A stretch of 64,000 nt of DNA from Nitrospinaceae bacterium (GTDB taxonomy: Bacteria > Nitrospinota > Nitrospinia > Nitrospinales > Nitrospinaceae), in contig OZ250172.1 of NCBI GenBank assembly GCA_965237905.1, positions 2,848,001-2,912,000 on the forward strand, given 5' to 3'. Below, piece after piece: positions 44,699 to 54,700 of the stretch. Under the pieces are notes generated by a model. The model saw only the letters and a program-made list of their open reading frames with translations. It searched no databases and had not been told where the DNA came from. Position 1 is the stretch's first letter, and each line of letters starts with the position of its first letter. The position numbers were made by a program, and so were the translations under genes.

Positions 44699-46705
44699 CT
44701 ATATCATGGGCAGAGAGACGGTAAAGGAGGTGCCTTTTCCACATTGGGAATCCACTTCGATGATTCCTCCGTGAGTTTGAACGATGCCATGGGTGACCCA
44801 TAGTCCCAGGCCGGTTCCCTCCGCCTTGGATTTGGTGGTAAAAAAGGGCTCAAAGATATTCTTTCGGATTTTTTCTGTCATTCCGATTCCATTATCCTGA
44901 ACCGTGAAATATAAATGGGAGTTCTGATGGTGCGTGCTCAAGCTGATTTCTCCCCCCGTTTCGGGAATGGCATCCATCGCATTTTGAAACAGATTCAGGG
45001 CGACTTGCCTGATCTGGTCCGGAAACGCCGATACTTCCGGAAGCACGTCGCTGTAATGGGTTTTGAGGTGGATGTTTCGGTCCGCCAATTCCTTCTGAGC
45101 CAATAAAACAATTTCCTCCAGGACGTGATTGATCTGTACCGGTTCTTTATTTTCCCGGGTGGGACTGAAGAAGTTATTGAGCCGGCGAGTCAGTTTAGCG
45201 ATCCGGTCGGTTTCGCTGATGGCCATGTCTATAAAACGTTCATCCGCTTCCTTCAGAGGAACACACATTTTAGTTCGTTCCAGAACGTTACGGATACCAA
45301 AGAGAGGATTGTTGATTTCATGGGCAATCGAGGCAGAGAGTTTGCCGATAGAAGACAGCTTTTCCGCATGTAACAGTTGTTCCTGATAGATTTTCAGTTT
45401 CTCCTCGGCCTGTTTTCTCTCCGTTATATCTTGAACAATTCCTCTTAATTTCTGTGGCTTTCCTTGTTCGTTATAGAAAGTTTTGCATTCTTGATGGACT
45501 GTTCGAAGGGTTCCATCGGGCAACACGATTCGATGATCTATGCTGTAGTTCTCTTTATTTTCCAGGATTTCTTTGTTGGTGTTATCGACGAATTCGCGGT
45601 CTTCCGGATGAACCGTATTTAAAAATGCCTGGTAGGAGGCATTGAATTCTTTGGGGCGAAGGCCGAAGATCCGGTAGACTTCATCGGACCACCATAATTC
45701 GTCTGTTTCAATATCGTAAACCCAGTTCCCCATTTTCCCGATTCTCTGTGCGATGGAAAGTTCGCGTTCGCTGTGTCTTAATGCTTCCTCTACTGTTTTG
45801 CGTTCGGTGATGTCCTGGACAATTCCGCGGGCTTTCAGGGGGTTGTCCAGGTCATCCAGAAAGACTCTCGATTCTTCATAAATGATTCTCTCCGTGTCGT
45901 CGGGTAATGGAATCCGGTATTCAACCTGGTGTCCTCTACCGGTGCGGAAGGATTCCTGATGAGACGCATCCACTCTCTGGCGATCGTCGGGATGGATTAA
46001 TTTTAGAAAAGCCTTATAGGTTCCTTGAAATGTTTGTGGACTGGTTTCGAAAATCTGATGCGTTTCATTGGACATTCTGATTTCATGGGTGCTCATGTTA
46101 TAAACCCAGCTGCCCAACCGCGCTATTTTCTGGGCCAGCGCCATATCCCATTCGCTTTGAATGAGTTCCTTTTCGACCATTTTTTGCTGGGTGATATCTC
46201 TCCCGGACAATAGAATTCCCTTGGTCGAACCTTCCGTGTTCTTTAAAGCGAGACCTTCCCATTCGATGAGGTGTTCTTCCTCTTTTTTATTGATGGTGGG
46301 TATGACGATGTAACCGATAGAGTCTTCCTCTCCGGAAAACAATTTTTGGAGTGATTGCAAGGCGCTCGTCCGCATGGAAGGGGTCACAAAACGTTCGAAC
46401 CAGTTTTCTCCGATTATTTTTTTATGAGGATATCCTAAAGCTTTGCAACCGGCTTTGTTGATGGTTTGGATTTTATGATCTTTCCCCAGGCTGATAATAA
46501 TATCGTTAGAGAGATGAATGATGTTTTCAATGTTGGTGCCTGTGAAATCCCGGGTAATTATCTTCAGAGGAGAAATGATCTGCGAGGAGATTTCAGCCGT
46601 TGTTTTACTTTTCTTTGCGGGTTCCGAGGAATTGTTTTTGGACGGGGAATGAGTGGCGGTGCCACGTTTGGACGGTTTTTGTCTTTTGGTAGCAGGCTTT
46701 TTCAT
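44699..46705 (-). CDS. Cytoplasmic multi-PAS histidine kinase (NtrB-like)
   Basis: Three PAS/PAC domains, AHEINNPL, NAMDA, DNGIG, FEPFFTTK, GTGLGL; start 46705 or 46729. Confidence 0.95.
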   Translation of the reverse strand: MKKPATKRQKPSKRGTATHSPSKNNSSEPAKKSKTTAEISSQIISPLKIITRDFTGTNIENIIHLSNDIIISLGKDHKIQTINKAGCKALGYPHKKIIGENWFERFVTPSMRTSALQSLQKLFSGEEDSIGYIVIPTINKKEEEHLIEWEGLALKNTEGSTKGILLSGRDITQQKMVEKELIQSEWDMALAQKIARLGSWVYNMSTHEIRMSNETHQIFETSPQTFQGTYKAFLKLIHPDDRQRVDASHQESFRTGRGHQVEYRIPLPDDTERIIYEESRVFLDDLDNPLKARGIVQDITERKTVEEALRHSERELSIAQRIGKMGNWVYDIETDELWWSDEVYRIFGLRPKEFNASYQAFLNTVHPEDREFVDNTNKEILENKENYSIDHRIVLPDGTLRTVHQECKTFYNEQGKPQKLRGIVQDITERKQAEEKLKIYQEQLLHAEKLSSIGKLSASIAHEINNPLFGIRNVLERTKMCVPLKEADERFIDMAISETDRIAKLTRRLNNFFSPTRENKEPVQINHVLEEIVLLAQKELADRNIHLKTHYSDVLPEVSAFPDQIRQVALNLFQNAMDAIPETGGEISLSTHHQNSHLYFTVQDNGIGMTEKIRKNIFEPFFTTKSKAEGTGLGLWVTHGIVQTHGGIIEVDSQCGKGTSFTVSLPMI

Positions 46706-46867
46706 AGAGGTGGAAACCGGTTTTACCAAAAGGGTTGAAGCGGGCCATTAGGTTTCCGCTCAAACACCTGATTTTAAGAATTTTAGGGCTTTTTATTATT
46801 ATGCCTCTCTTATCCCGTTCGGACAATAATTTTTAGCGAACGAATGTCTCTCAAGAGTGTATATCCC

Positions 46868-47686
46868 TCATTTCTTTAACAAAAAACTGAATCCCAGGAT
46901 TGCTATAAATGTGATACCGAAAGCACACACCAGGGTTGAACCTGTCGGCAAATCAAAAATAAAGGAAAGACCCAATCCGGCCCAACTGACCAGGATAGCC
47001 ATGAGAGTCCCTACCCAGAGTTGTTTTCCCAGGGAATCATACAATTGGATGGCACAGGCGGCGGGGATGATCAGCAGAGTGAAAATGAGGAAAATACCCG
47101 CTGTTTGAATGCACGCCACAATAGCCAGCCCCAACATCAGATAAAAAACGAAATCCCAAAGCCCTCTTTTTTGGGTATAAGGCTCCGGCGAGTTCGCCTG
47201 ATCCGTGCATTGGATAAACGGTTTTCGGATCGCCCACAGGAAACCTGCGAGGATGGTAAAGGCTGTCAAGAGTTGCAGGACCCCTCCCCATGAAATCCAT
47301 AAAATGGATCCATTCAAAGTATGTTGGATATGTTCGGCCGCACGGGGAGAGCGGTCGGCAATGATCACGGCCAATGAGGCGGCGACCACGTAAACGATGC
47401 CAATCACCCCTTCCTGAGATATCCGGGGTGCCATAAATCGTACAAGGGTGAAGAATGAGGCTCCTATGAAAACAAACCCAATGGAAACCAGAATTGTTCC
47501 GAAAGAATGCTCCTCCAGGTTCAGGGCGAAAGCCACCGTGGTGCCCAGTGCGGCCAGTTGCGCCATGGACAGATCGATAAAAACTATGCCGCGTTTCAGA
47601 ACGTGGATGCCGAAGTAGGTGAAGATGAATGACATCACCATGCATCCCAGCGCCGGAGCGGCCATGAATGTTATAAAATCACTCAT
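46868..47686 (-). CDS. Metal ABC transporter permease (ZnuB/MntB family)
   Basis: GIHVLKRGIVFIDLSMAQLAALG; EGVIG; LIIPA; multiple TM helices; start MSDF at 47686. Confidence 0.88.
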   Translation of the reverse strand: MSDFITFMAAPALGCMVMSFIFTYFGIHVLKRGIVFIDLSMAQLAALGTTVAFALNLEEHSFGTILVSIGFVFIGASFFTLVRFMAPRISQEGVIGIVYVVAASLAVIIADRSPRAAEHIQHTLNGSILWISWGGVLQLLTAFTILAGFLWAIRKPFIQCTDQANSPEPYTQKRGLWDFVFYLMLGLAIVACIQTAGIFLIFTLLIIPAACAIQLYDSLGKQLWVGTLMAILVSWAGLGLSFIFDLPTGSTLVCAFGITFIAILGFSFLLKK

Positions 47687-48629
47687 TCTCTGAAAGTGCC
47701 TCAGTGATTTGATTGACGAGGGTATCAAACAGCCCAATGGTATCGTGGGCTTCGGGTACGCCACCGACGCCCGGAGGCAAGGTCAGGACCCGTGCGCCGG
47801 TTTTGCCGGCCAGCAGATTGGAGAATTTATCCTGATAGTAATTGGCTTGCAGAATCAGGCTGACATTTTTCTGCCTCATCCTTTGCGCCAGGCCGGACAG
47901 ATGGCTGGGGGAGGGTTGAATGCCGGGTTTCGGTTCCACCGTCCCAATGCGGGTCAATTGGAAGTACCGGAGAAAATAGCTCCAGGTGCGGTGATACGTC
48001 ACCACCGGAGTGTTGGCAAACGGCTCCATTTGCTTTTTCCATTCATTTAATTTTAATTCATATTTTTTCAAAAACTGTTTTCTGTTGGCTTTGATCTGTG
48101 ACGAGTGCGCCGGCAACATTTTGGAAAGATGATCGGCGATTAAATAGACAATCGGTTTTATATTGCCCGGATCCAATGTGTAATGCGGGTTGCCGAAGGG
48201 ATGCACGTCACCCATGGAACGGTCCAGTTTGCCCTGCGGAATTTCGATCGGGTCGATCGCCAAAGAGAGATCGAGATGCCCCGGTTTGCCCAACTGAATG
48301 TCCGGATTGCGCGCGCCTCGCAGTAATAGGGGAAGCCAACCCACCTCCAGTTCCAATCCTTGATAGATAAGGAGGTTGGCTTGGTGCATCTTCAGCATCA
48401 GGCTCGGTTTGGCCTGCACAAAATGCGTGTCCTGATAACCCCGCGTCAGGCTTTCCACTTCGACCAGGTCCTGGCCCACCGCTTGGACGAGCGAGGCAAT
48501 ATCCTGCGTGGTGGTGACAACTTTGAGTTGGGCGTTGGCTTCGCCCTTGAAGGTCAGGAGTAACAGCAGGGCTGAGAGCCAGAGGAACGTTGGCTTTATT
48601 TTCTGATTCCAAAATTCCATCGTCATCAA
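47679..48629 (-). CDS. Metal ABC transporter substrate-binding protein (ZnuA family)
   Basis: VVTT...QDTHF, GDVHPFGNPHY, TYH, EPKPGIQPSPSHL. Confidence 0.93.
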   Translation of the reverse strand: MMTMEFWNQKIKPTFLWLSALLLLLTFKGEANAQLKVVTTTQDIASLVQAVGQDLVEVESLTRGYQDTHFVQAKPSLMLKMHQANLLIYQGLELEVGWLPLLLRGARNPDIQLGKPGHLDLSLAIDPIEIPQGKLDRSMGDVHPFGNPHYTLDPGNIKPIVYLIADHLSKMLPAHSSQIKANRKQFLKKYELKLNEWKKQMEPFANTPVVTYHRTWSYFLRYFQLTRIGTVEPKPGIQPSPSHLSGLAQRMRQKNVSLILQANYYQDKFSNLLAGKTGARVLTLPPGVGGVPEAHDTIGLFDTLVNQITEALSENE

Positions 48630-49924
48630 TACCGGTGCGCGGGATGCGATCCCAGCGAGAAGTTCAATTGAAGCAGGACCTGATGCTCGTTGGAGATGTC
48701 TTCGTCAATATAATTGTATTGGAGCCGAATGGCTGAAAATTCGCTGGGCACATATCCCAGCAATGCGGTGTATCTTTGTTGATCGTTGGCGGCATCCGGC
48801 TGGTGGAATCCGAAATAACCATAGCGGGCCTGCACCCACCATTGCTCGGCGAATTGATATTGAACATAGGAATACATGCCGCCTTTGTTGTCGTCGGGAT
48901 TGTCCAGTCCCGATAAGGCATTGACCCCGGTTTCTTTCCATGCCCCGATATATTCCGACTGCCAGACCAATGTTTTGTAGCGGGCCTGCCGGGCCGGTTT
49001 CCATTTCAGGGTGAGGTTGGCCCCGGCGACTTGGGTGGTTCGGTTGCGATTTCCCAAAGCGGATCCCGTGCCGTTTCTACCCGTTGAAAAAGATCCTCCA
49101 ACTTCCAGGGTGGTGTCCTCATTCAGGTCCCACAGATTGCGCGAATGAAAGATGTAGGCGAAGTCATCATTGAGCGGCGCGTCGAACAGATTGACATTGT
49201 CGCCTTCCACAAATTCAAAAATCCATTCCGAATACCAGGGCAGGGGCATCAGGTAACTGAAGCCTGCGCCAACTTCCAAGAATGCTTCCTTGCCAAAAAT
49301 TTCTTTGTTGACCAACGGGACATCAATAAAAGGAAATTGATGAGTGTGCAGAAGATTGTGCTTTCCCAAATGGGTGTAGAACTGGCCGGCTCTTAAGGCG
49401 AGGCGGTCGAACAGTAACAGGTCGACAAAGCTTTCCTCAATTTCCACTTCGTCATCTTCAAACGAAATACGAAAATTGGCGCGGAGGTAGGTATCCACAT
49501 TGGCGGTAAACTGCACCTCCATTTCCTGGATGTCCAGCCCCGTTTTGACGTCGGCGTTGGGATTATTGTTTTCAATCGAACGATAGGTACCGAGAAACAG
49601 TCCATTGACACTGATCGCCGGGTTGAATGTCCGACTGAGACCCGTGGAAGTAGCAAACGCCGAATCGGCCGAGCTTCCCGTGACGCGGGGCATGCGCGGA
49701 AAAGGAACCGAAACCGGCCCCTCTTTCTTCATGGGATCGGAAGCGGATTCGGACTCCGGCGCTGTGGGTACGCTCTGCCCCTTCTCTATCCTTTGTATTC
49801 TTCTTTCCAGGCGCTTGATCTGCTCCTGGAGCTCATAAATGTCCTCTTTGGCCTCCTGCGCGCAGGTATGGGTTGCGCTTGCAAGGCATACCAAAATGAA
49901 AAGGACAATGCCAGACCATTTCAT
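48626..49924 (-). CDS. Outer-membrane beta-barrel associated with metal uptake
   Basis: Signal peptide, coiled coil, FNPAISVNG, HNLLHTHQFPFID, PSEFSAIRLQY, C-terminal LGSHPAHRY. Confidence 0.82.
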   Translation of the reverse strand: MKWSGIVLFILVCLASATHTCAQEAKEDIYELQEQIKRLERRIQRIEKGQSVPTAPESESASDPMKKEGPVSVPFPRMPRVTGSSADSAFATSTGLSRTFNPAISVNGLFLGTYRSIENNNPNADVKTGLDIQEMEVQFTANVDTYLRANFRISFEDDEVEIEESFVDLLLFDRLALRAGQFYTHLGKHNLLHTHQFPFIDVPLVNKEIFGKEAFLEVGAGFSYLMPLPWYSEWIFEFVEGDNVNLFDAPLNDDFAYIFHSRNLWDLNEDTTLEVGGSFSTGRNGTGSALGNRNRTTQVAGANLTLKWKPARQARYKTLVWQSEYIGAWKETGVNALSGLDNPDDNKGGMYSYVQYQFAEQWWVQARYGYFGFHQPDAANDQQRYTALLGYVPSEFSAIRLQYNYIDEDISNEHQVLLQLNFSLGSHPAHRY

Positions 49925-50078
49925 GGGTCCTCCAGACAAAATTGGTTTCAATATTTAATTGAAGTTATTTGAATTTGTGAATTCGAGTAACGAAATTCAC
50001 AGCAAATTTAATATCTTCCTCTGGTTATTGAAAATGTGGGTACCATTAGCCAGGGGAAAATTTTGAAATTCAAATGAG

Positions 50079-50381
50079 TTAACTGGAAAGAGAGGGAGGA
50101 CTGCGTCCAAAATAGGGCGAAATGATTTTTTGAAAGGTGATGCGTTCCGATACAGGCGGAGAGACGACCGTCAGCCATGATTCGACGGTCAAGTCCGGCA
50201 CATCCATATCGAGGCTGACTGAAGTTTGGGTCCAGTGGCAGGGGGCGCAATCTTCGTCGGTCGTAAAATGATCGAACTCGTGGTCGTGCAGGAAGGTAGA
50301 AAACGCAGCCATAATGCTGAAGCTGATTAATATGAAACCAGCGAAAGTGAAGCGGCGCTTTTTATTTTTAAACAAACTCAT
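50079..50381 (-). CDS. DUF2946/CruR-like leader protein (TM, His-rich, CxxC, RSPP)
   Basis: N-terminal TM helix, HDHEFDH, CAPCH, C-terminal GRSPP; first gene of the metal-uptake operon. Confidence 0.75.
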   Translation of the reverse strand: MSLFKNKKRRFTFAGFILISFSIMAAFSTFLHDHEFDHFTTDEDCAPCHWTQTSVSLDMDVPDLTVESWLTVVSPPVSERITFQKIISPYFGRSPPSLSS

Positions 50382-50618
50382 ATCAGGTTTAATGAGAAAC
50401 AGGTCGGATGGCTGTCTGGAGAATCCCAAACCGCCGTTAATATCAGCTTTAGATGGTATGAGATTATTTAGGATTTGTAAATGTAGAAGATTTTTTGGAA
50501 GAAGGAGAAGAGGGTAGGAGCCTCCTCCCTAAAAGGGAGGAGGATTGACTGGCTTATCCCAGAGGGGAGGTGAAGATCCGTCCTTGGCCAGGGGCTTCAG
50601 AAGAGGAGGTAAATAGAT

Positions 50619-50819
50619 CTAATCTTCGGAAAAATTGTTATCGTCCAATTCCCACCCCAATTTTTGTCGATCCTTTTTTGAGAGGCCTGGAACTGTGATT
50701 TGAATATTTTTACGAGCCGGGTCGAAAACCTTACTCCAGTAGTTTTGACTCAAAGATTTTGAAGTGATTTCTTTTTTTAATTTGCCTCTTTTATTGAATA
50801 TACGTACTGGGTAAAACAT
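50619..50819 (-). CDS. Small hypothetical protein
   Basis: 66 aa; GGGAGGG RBS; YPVRIFNKRGKLKKEI N-terminus. Confidence 0.6.
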   Translation of the reverse strand: MFYPVRIFNKRGKLKKEITSKSLSQNYWSKVFDPARKNIQITVPGLSKKDRQKLGWELDDNNFSED

Positions 50820-51545
50820 GATGCCCTCCCTTCTGGTTCCGTTAGGGGGAATGGGGAAATCTGATTCATAGTTACCAAAGCGACTGCCTGAACTTGAGAA
50901 ACCAGCTTAACGAGCCAGGGTTGTCCAGCCTGAGTTGGAAGCAGTATAGAGGGGCCGAATTAACGGAAAATTAAATGGAAATTAAAAAATTTTAATCATT
51001 TGCTGACAATTTTCTGGAACCACAAACCATAAATATCGTATTATTTGAGAAAAAAGGAAGGGGGTCGTCTGACTCAGAGGGGTTCAAATAGCCTGAAGGC
51101 ACCCTTGGGCAGGGGTTTTTTGGGGTATAAGGGACATTTTTTAAAAACTCAACGGGCGTTTTTGAATCTAATTTGTTTAAGATAGGGAGATCTCGTGGAT
51201 AGAATATCTAAGAAGGACCAGCCAAATAGCTTATCTCACAAGGATGCCCTGGCCCAACCCTTGAAATTAAAGGAATCTCTCAAGATTCGCGATGGTTTGG
51301 GGGCGCATGATCCGCGTCCGGCTCAATGGCCCCAGTTTGAGGCTGTCCGGTTAACGATCCCTGATTTGGGTTACTTTTGGTTCAGCAATAACTAGATCAA
51401 TTGTGAAAGTATTTCCTGCCGCTTAAATCACAACCTGTTTTAAATCCATAACCATCTAGAATATAAAGGATTATAAAGAACCCATTTATTGGCTATAGTT
51501 TTCGCTTTATTTTCGCTATAATGGATCTTTTTAAAGGAGGGTTCA

Positions 51546-51728
51546 ATGGTCACGCATTCAGTTGATAGTATCAAAGAAGAAATCTATCCGGAGGTGGAGC
51601 TTCTGAATCAGGCTTGTCTGGATTTGGTGGCTCAAATTGAGCAACTTAAAAAAGAGAATGCCCGGTTGAAAGAAAAGGCAAAAGAGGAAGCTGGGTCAGG
51701 CAAGAGGTTAGGATCGAGGGAACTCTAG
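51546..51728 (+). CDS. Small coiled-coil protein
   Basis: 60 aa; AAAGGAGG RBS; TATAAT upstream; heptad LVAQIEQLKKENARLKEK. Confidence 0.65.
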   Translation: MVTHSVDSIKEEIYPEVELLNQACLDLVAQIEQLKKENARLKEKAKEEAGSGKRLGSREL

Positions 51729-51739
51729 GTGAGTCCCTT

Positions 51740-54700
51740 TTAAGAGCCCCCATTTTGGTTCAAGGGCTGTTTGAGAGGGAGAGTGACGGTGAAGGTGGTG
51801 CCTTCACCCGGCGTGCTGTGGACGTCAATTTCCCCTTTATGGTTTTTAACGATGCCTAGTGATGCCAGCAAGCCCAGTCCGGGCCTATGGATGGCAGATT
51901 TAGTGGTGAAAAAGGGATCAAAAATTCGATCCATATCGGCCTCTGTAATCCCGCATCCGGTATCTTGAATATGGATTTTTACGTTTGACCCTTCCTGCTC
52001 GGTGGAAATAATTATTTTGCCTTCGTCCTCGCTTAAAGACTCCTCGGCATTTTTGACAATATTATCGATTGCCTGGCGAATTTGCGGGGTGACACCGTCA
52101 ACGGCAGGCAGACCCTTCGCGTAATTTCTTTCCAGGGTGATCGTGTGATCCTTGGCGATATCCTTATTATTCTGGATGACCTCGTCGAGAATCTGATGGA
52201 CGTCCAATGATTCCAGGTTTTCCTTAGTCGGAGGCTGAAAACCTTTCAGTCTGCTGATCAGGTCTGCGACTCTCCGGCACTCGTTCACGGCAACGGTAAT
52301 CAGTCCTTTGTGAATATCCGCCATTTCGGCCTGTTTCTTGACCTGTTTCAGAATATTTTCAATCCCCTGAATGGGATTGTTGACCAGGTCAACTACGGAA
52401 GAGGTGATATGGTCCACCATATTTAATTTTTCCTCGCGAAGAGCCATCTTTTGTCCCTCGCTCTGTTTTAAAACATCCTTGAACTGGTATTGTTTCTCAT
52501 TCAGGGTTTTTTCAAATTGCTCCTGACTTTCCTTTTCTTTTTCCTCAAGCAGGACCGCCTTGTCCACAATTGAATTCAATAAATATTCGCTTTCACGTGA
52601 TTTGTTTTGGGCGTTTCGCAAATCGGTAATATCCTGGCCTACGGCTAAAAATCCCCGAACCGTTTCATCTTCTGGGTCGATTTCCTTGGCGAGGCTCCAT
52701 AAAAAAGAATGCTTGATCTCGTCACTCAGCATGGTTTGTGTTTCCAAATCCGCGGAGTCCTGGGTATTCATGCGTTTCTGAATATCCGAGGACACTGCTT
52801 GCCAGTTTTCTTGGGGTAAAATTGTCTCAAAGAAATGTTTTTCCAGAGTGTCTTCCCGGTTCCATTGGAAAGTGGATTCGGCTTTTTCACTCATATCGAA
52901 AATAAGGTAGTCCGGAGAAAGAGTGACCAGGATTAACCCAGAATTGCCCAGCAAAGTGGCGAACTGCTTTTTGATGGATTTGATTTCATCCTCATTTTTC
53001 ACATCAGAAAGGTTGGTCAAATAACCCAGAGTGGTGACGATACCATTTCTGTTCTTGAAAGACGCCATGCTTATTAGAGCTTTAAACACTTCTCCATCGG
53101 ATTTCCTGATTGGGATTTCGAGCCGATGCTTGAAATTCTTCTTGAGGGGAGCCAGAAATTCATTTTCAAAATCGAAGGAGTCCCTTTCGGCAAATATGAA
53201 TGAAATGGATTGATTCAGTGCCAGTTCAGAAATATGTCCTGTGAGAGATTCGGCTGTTTGGTTCCACGACAATATGGTTCCATCTTGATCCAAGGTAAAT
53301 AATGGAAGGTCCATTTGCTCGTAGTGAACGGCTTTTTCTTTGGATTCTTCGATGAGGTAACTCTTTTCCTTGATATCCGACATTAATTGCTCGTTGGCAA
53401 TTCCCAAGCTTTCTAATTCCTGTTGGGTATCCTCGAGTTGGATGCTGTGAGTAAAAAATTCTTCCTGGACTTTTCTGAGCTCTTCCAATTCTGCCAGCAT
53501 GACTTGATTTGCCGTTTCCAGAACTTCTATATCTTTCTTATGTTTGGTGATGGACTCCTGAACTTCATTTAAATTCTTCTGCAGTTGAGTTTTAGCGGAT
53601 TTTTCCTCTTCAAAGCTTTTTCGAAAAGATTTGATCTCGTCATCCTTCTTGGAGATTTCGGTTTTGAACTTTTCGCTTTCTGCAGTCGTTAATTCCCCGG
53701 TCCTGGATTTAAGTTGGGAACGCAGGGTAGTCAGTTCGGTTTCTTTTTTCTGAAGCGCATTACGCATTTCTTCGAGTTCTTTTGCCTGCGCAGGTGTTGG
53801 AGAGCCTGGCTGGCCGCCAAGTAAAGGTTTCTTTTGATTAGCTTTCGTGTCGGGTTTGTCTTTGCTTCCTCCGCCTGCCTTTGCCAGGAGTTTTTCCAAT
53901 TCAAGGGACTTTTCTTTCAATTCAGACGTCAATTGGGATTGAGTCCGTTCCATACTCTTGATCTTCTGCTGGAACTCCCTTTCAAAGGACTCCCTTACTT
54001 TTACCAATTCCTTATCAATGGAAGGTTTAGTTTCTTGTGCAGGAACTTTGGAAACTTTAGGTTTCTCCGAGGTTTTTTCGAGAGAGGGTTGGGGGAGGTC
54101 TGTTTCAGGCTGGATTCCCGTGATCTTCTCTAAAGAGTGGGCGATTTCCGCTCCAAACTGAGGTTCTAATGAAGAGGGTGGATTTGTTATCGATGATATC
54201 AAGCGGGCCATAACTTTGATAATGCTGATCTCGTCATTGTCCCATTTTTTTTCTTTTTGATTCGATTCGAATCCAATGTAACCCACAGCAGAATCATTGT
54301 GGATGATAGGTACGTTGATCAGCGATTTGACTCCCTGAGAAAGGTACATCTCTTTTTCAGAGGAAGCGTCCTTAGGCATCGCGTCTATTTTAGGGACGTG
54401 TATGATCTCTTTTTTTTGAATATTTTTTTTGAACCATGGAAAATTGTCCAGGGAGATTTCTTCCTCACGGTCAGGTTCCAGCATCGGTTCACCGGAAACC
54501 CACAGATGAGTGTTGATCATGTGCGACCTGGACGGGGTGAATTTAAATATATAGCCGTGCTCGATATTTGAAAGTTCGCCAAATAATTCCAGTGCTTTTT
54601 GAATTCGGTTTTTAATGTCTTCCGGATTTTTTATTTGCTCTGGTGATAAACCCATTAGAGTGTTTTCCAGCTCAAACCAGAATTTAAACCGTGACCTGGC

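Larger units (their letters stand above)
40025..44734 (-). repeat. Tandem array of five diverged ~0.85-0.96-kb units, each with promoter, small secreted-protein gene and terminator
   Basis: Recurring blocks (terminator, TC.D...CF coding end, signal-peptide coding start, AGCAGGATRCATGCCAA, TATAATCAAAAG); ATGs at 40632, 41592, 42479, 43319, 44281. Confidence 0.95.

Noticed and set aside
40025..44734. Array as CRISPR, integron cassette array or IS copies
   Set aside because: Units are ~0.9 kb paralogous genes with their own promoters. There are no short identical repeats with unique spacers and no cas, integrase or transposase gene, and the hairpins have U-tracts typical of terminators, not attC sites.
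40025..44734. Array as an assembly artefact
   Set aside because: Copies are substantially diverged, with intact ORFs and distinct cores.
50521..50543. CCTCCTCCCT...AGGGAGGAGG hairpin as terminator or riboswitch
   Set aside because: Strong stem, but no U-tract on either side and no recognisable aptamer.
51489..51506. sigma54-like site before the 60-aa ORF
   Set aside because: GG-GC spacing is off by one base; a TATAAT -10 element is present instead.
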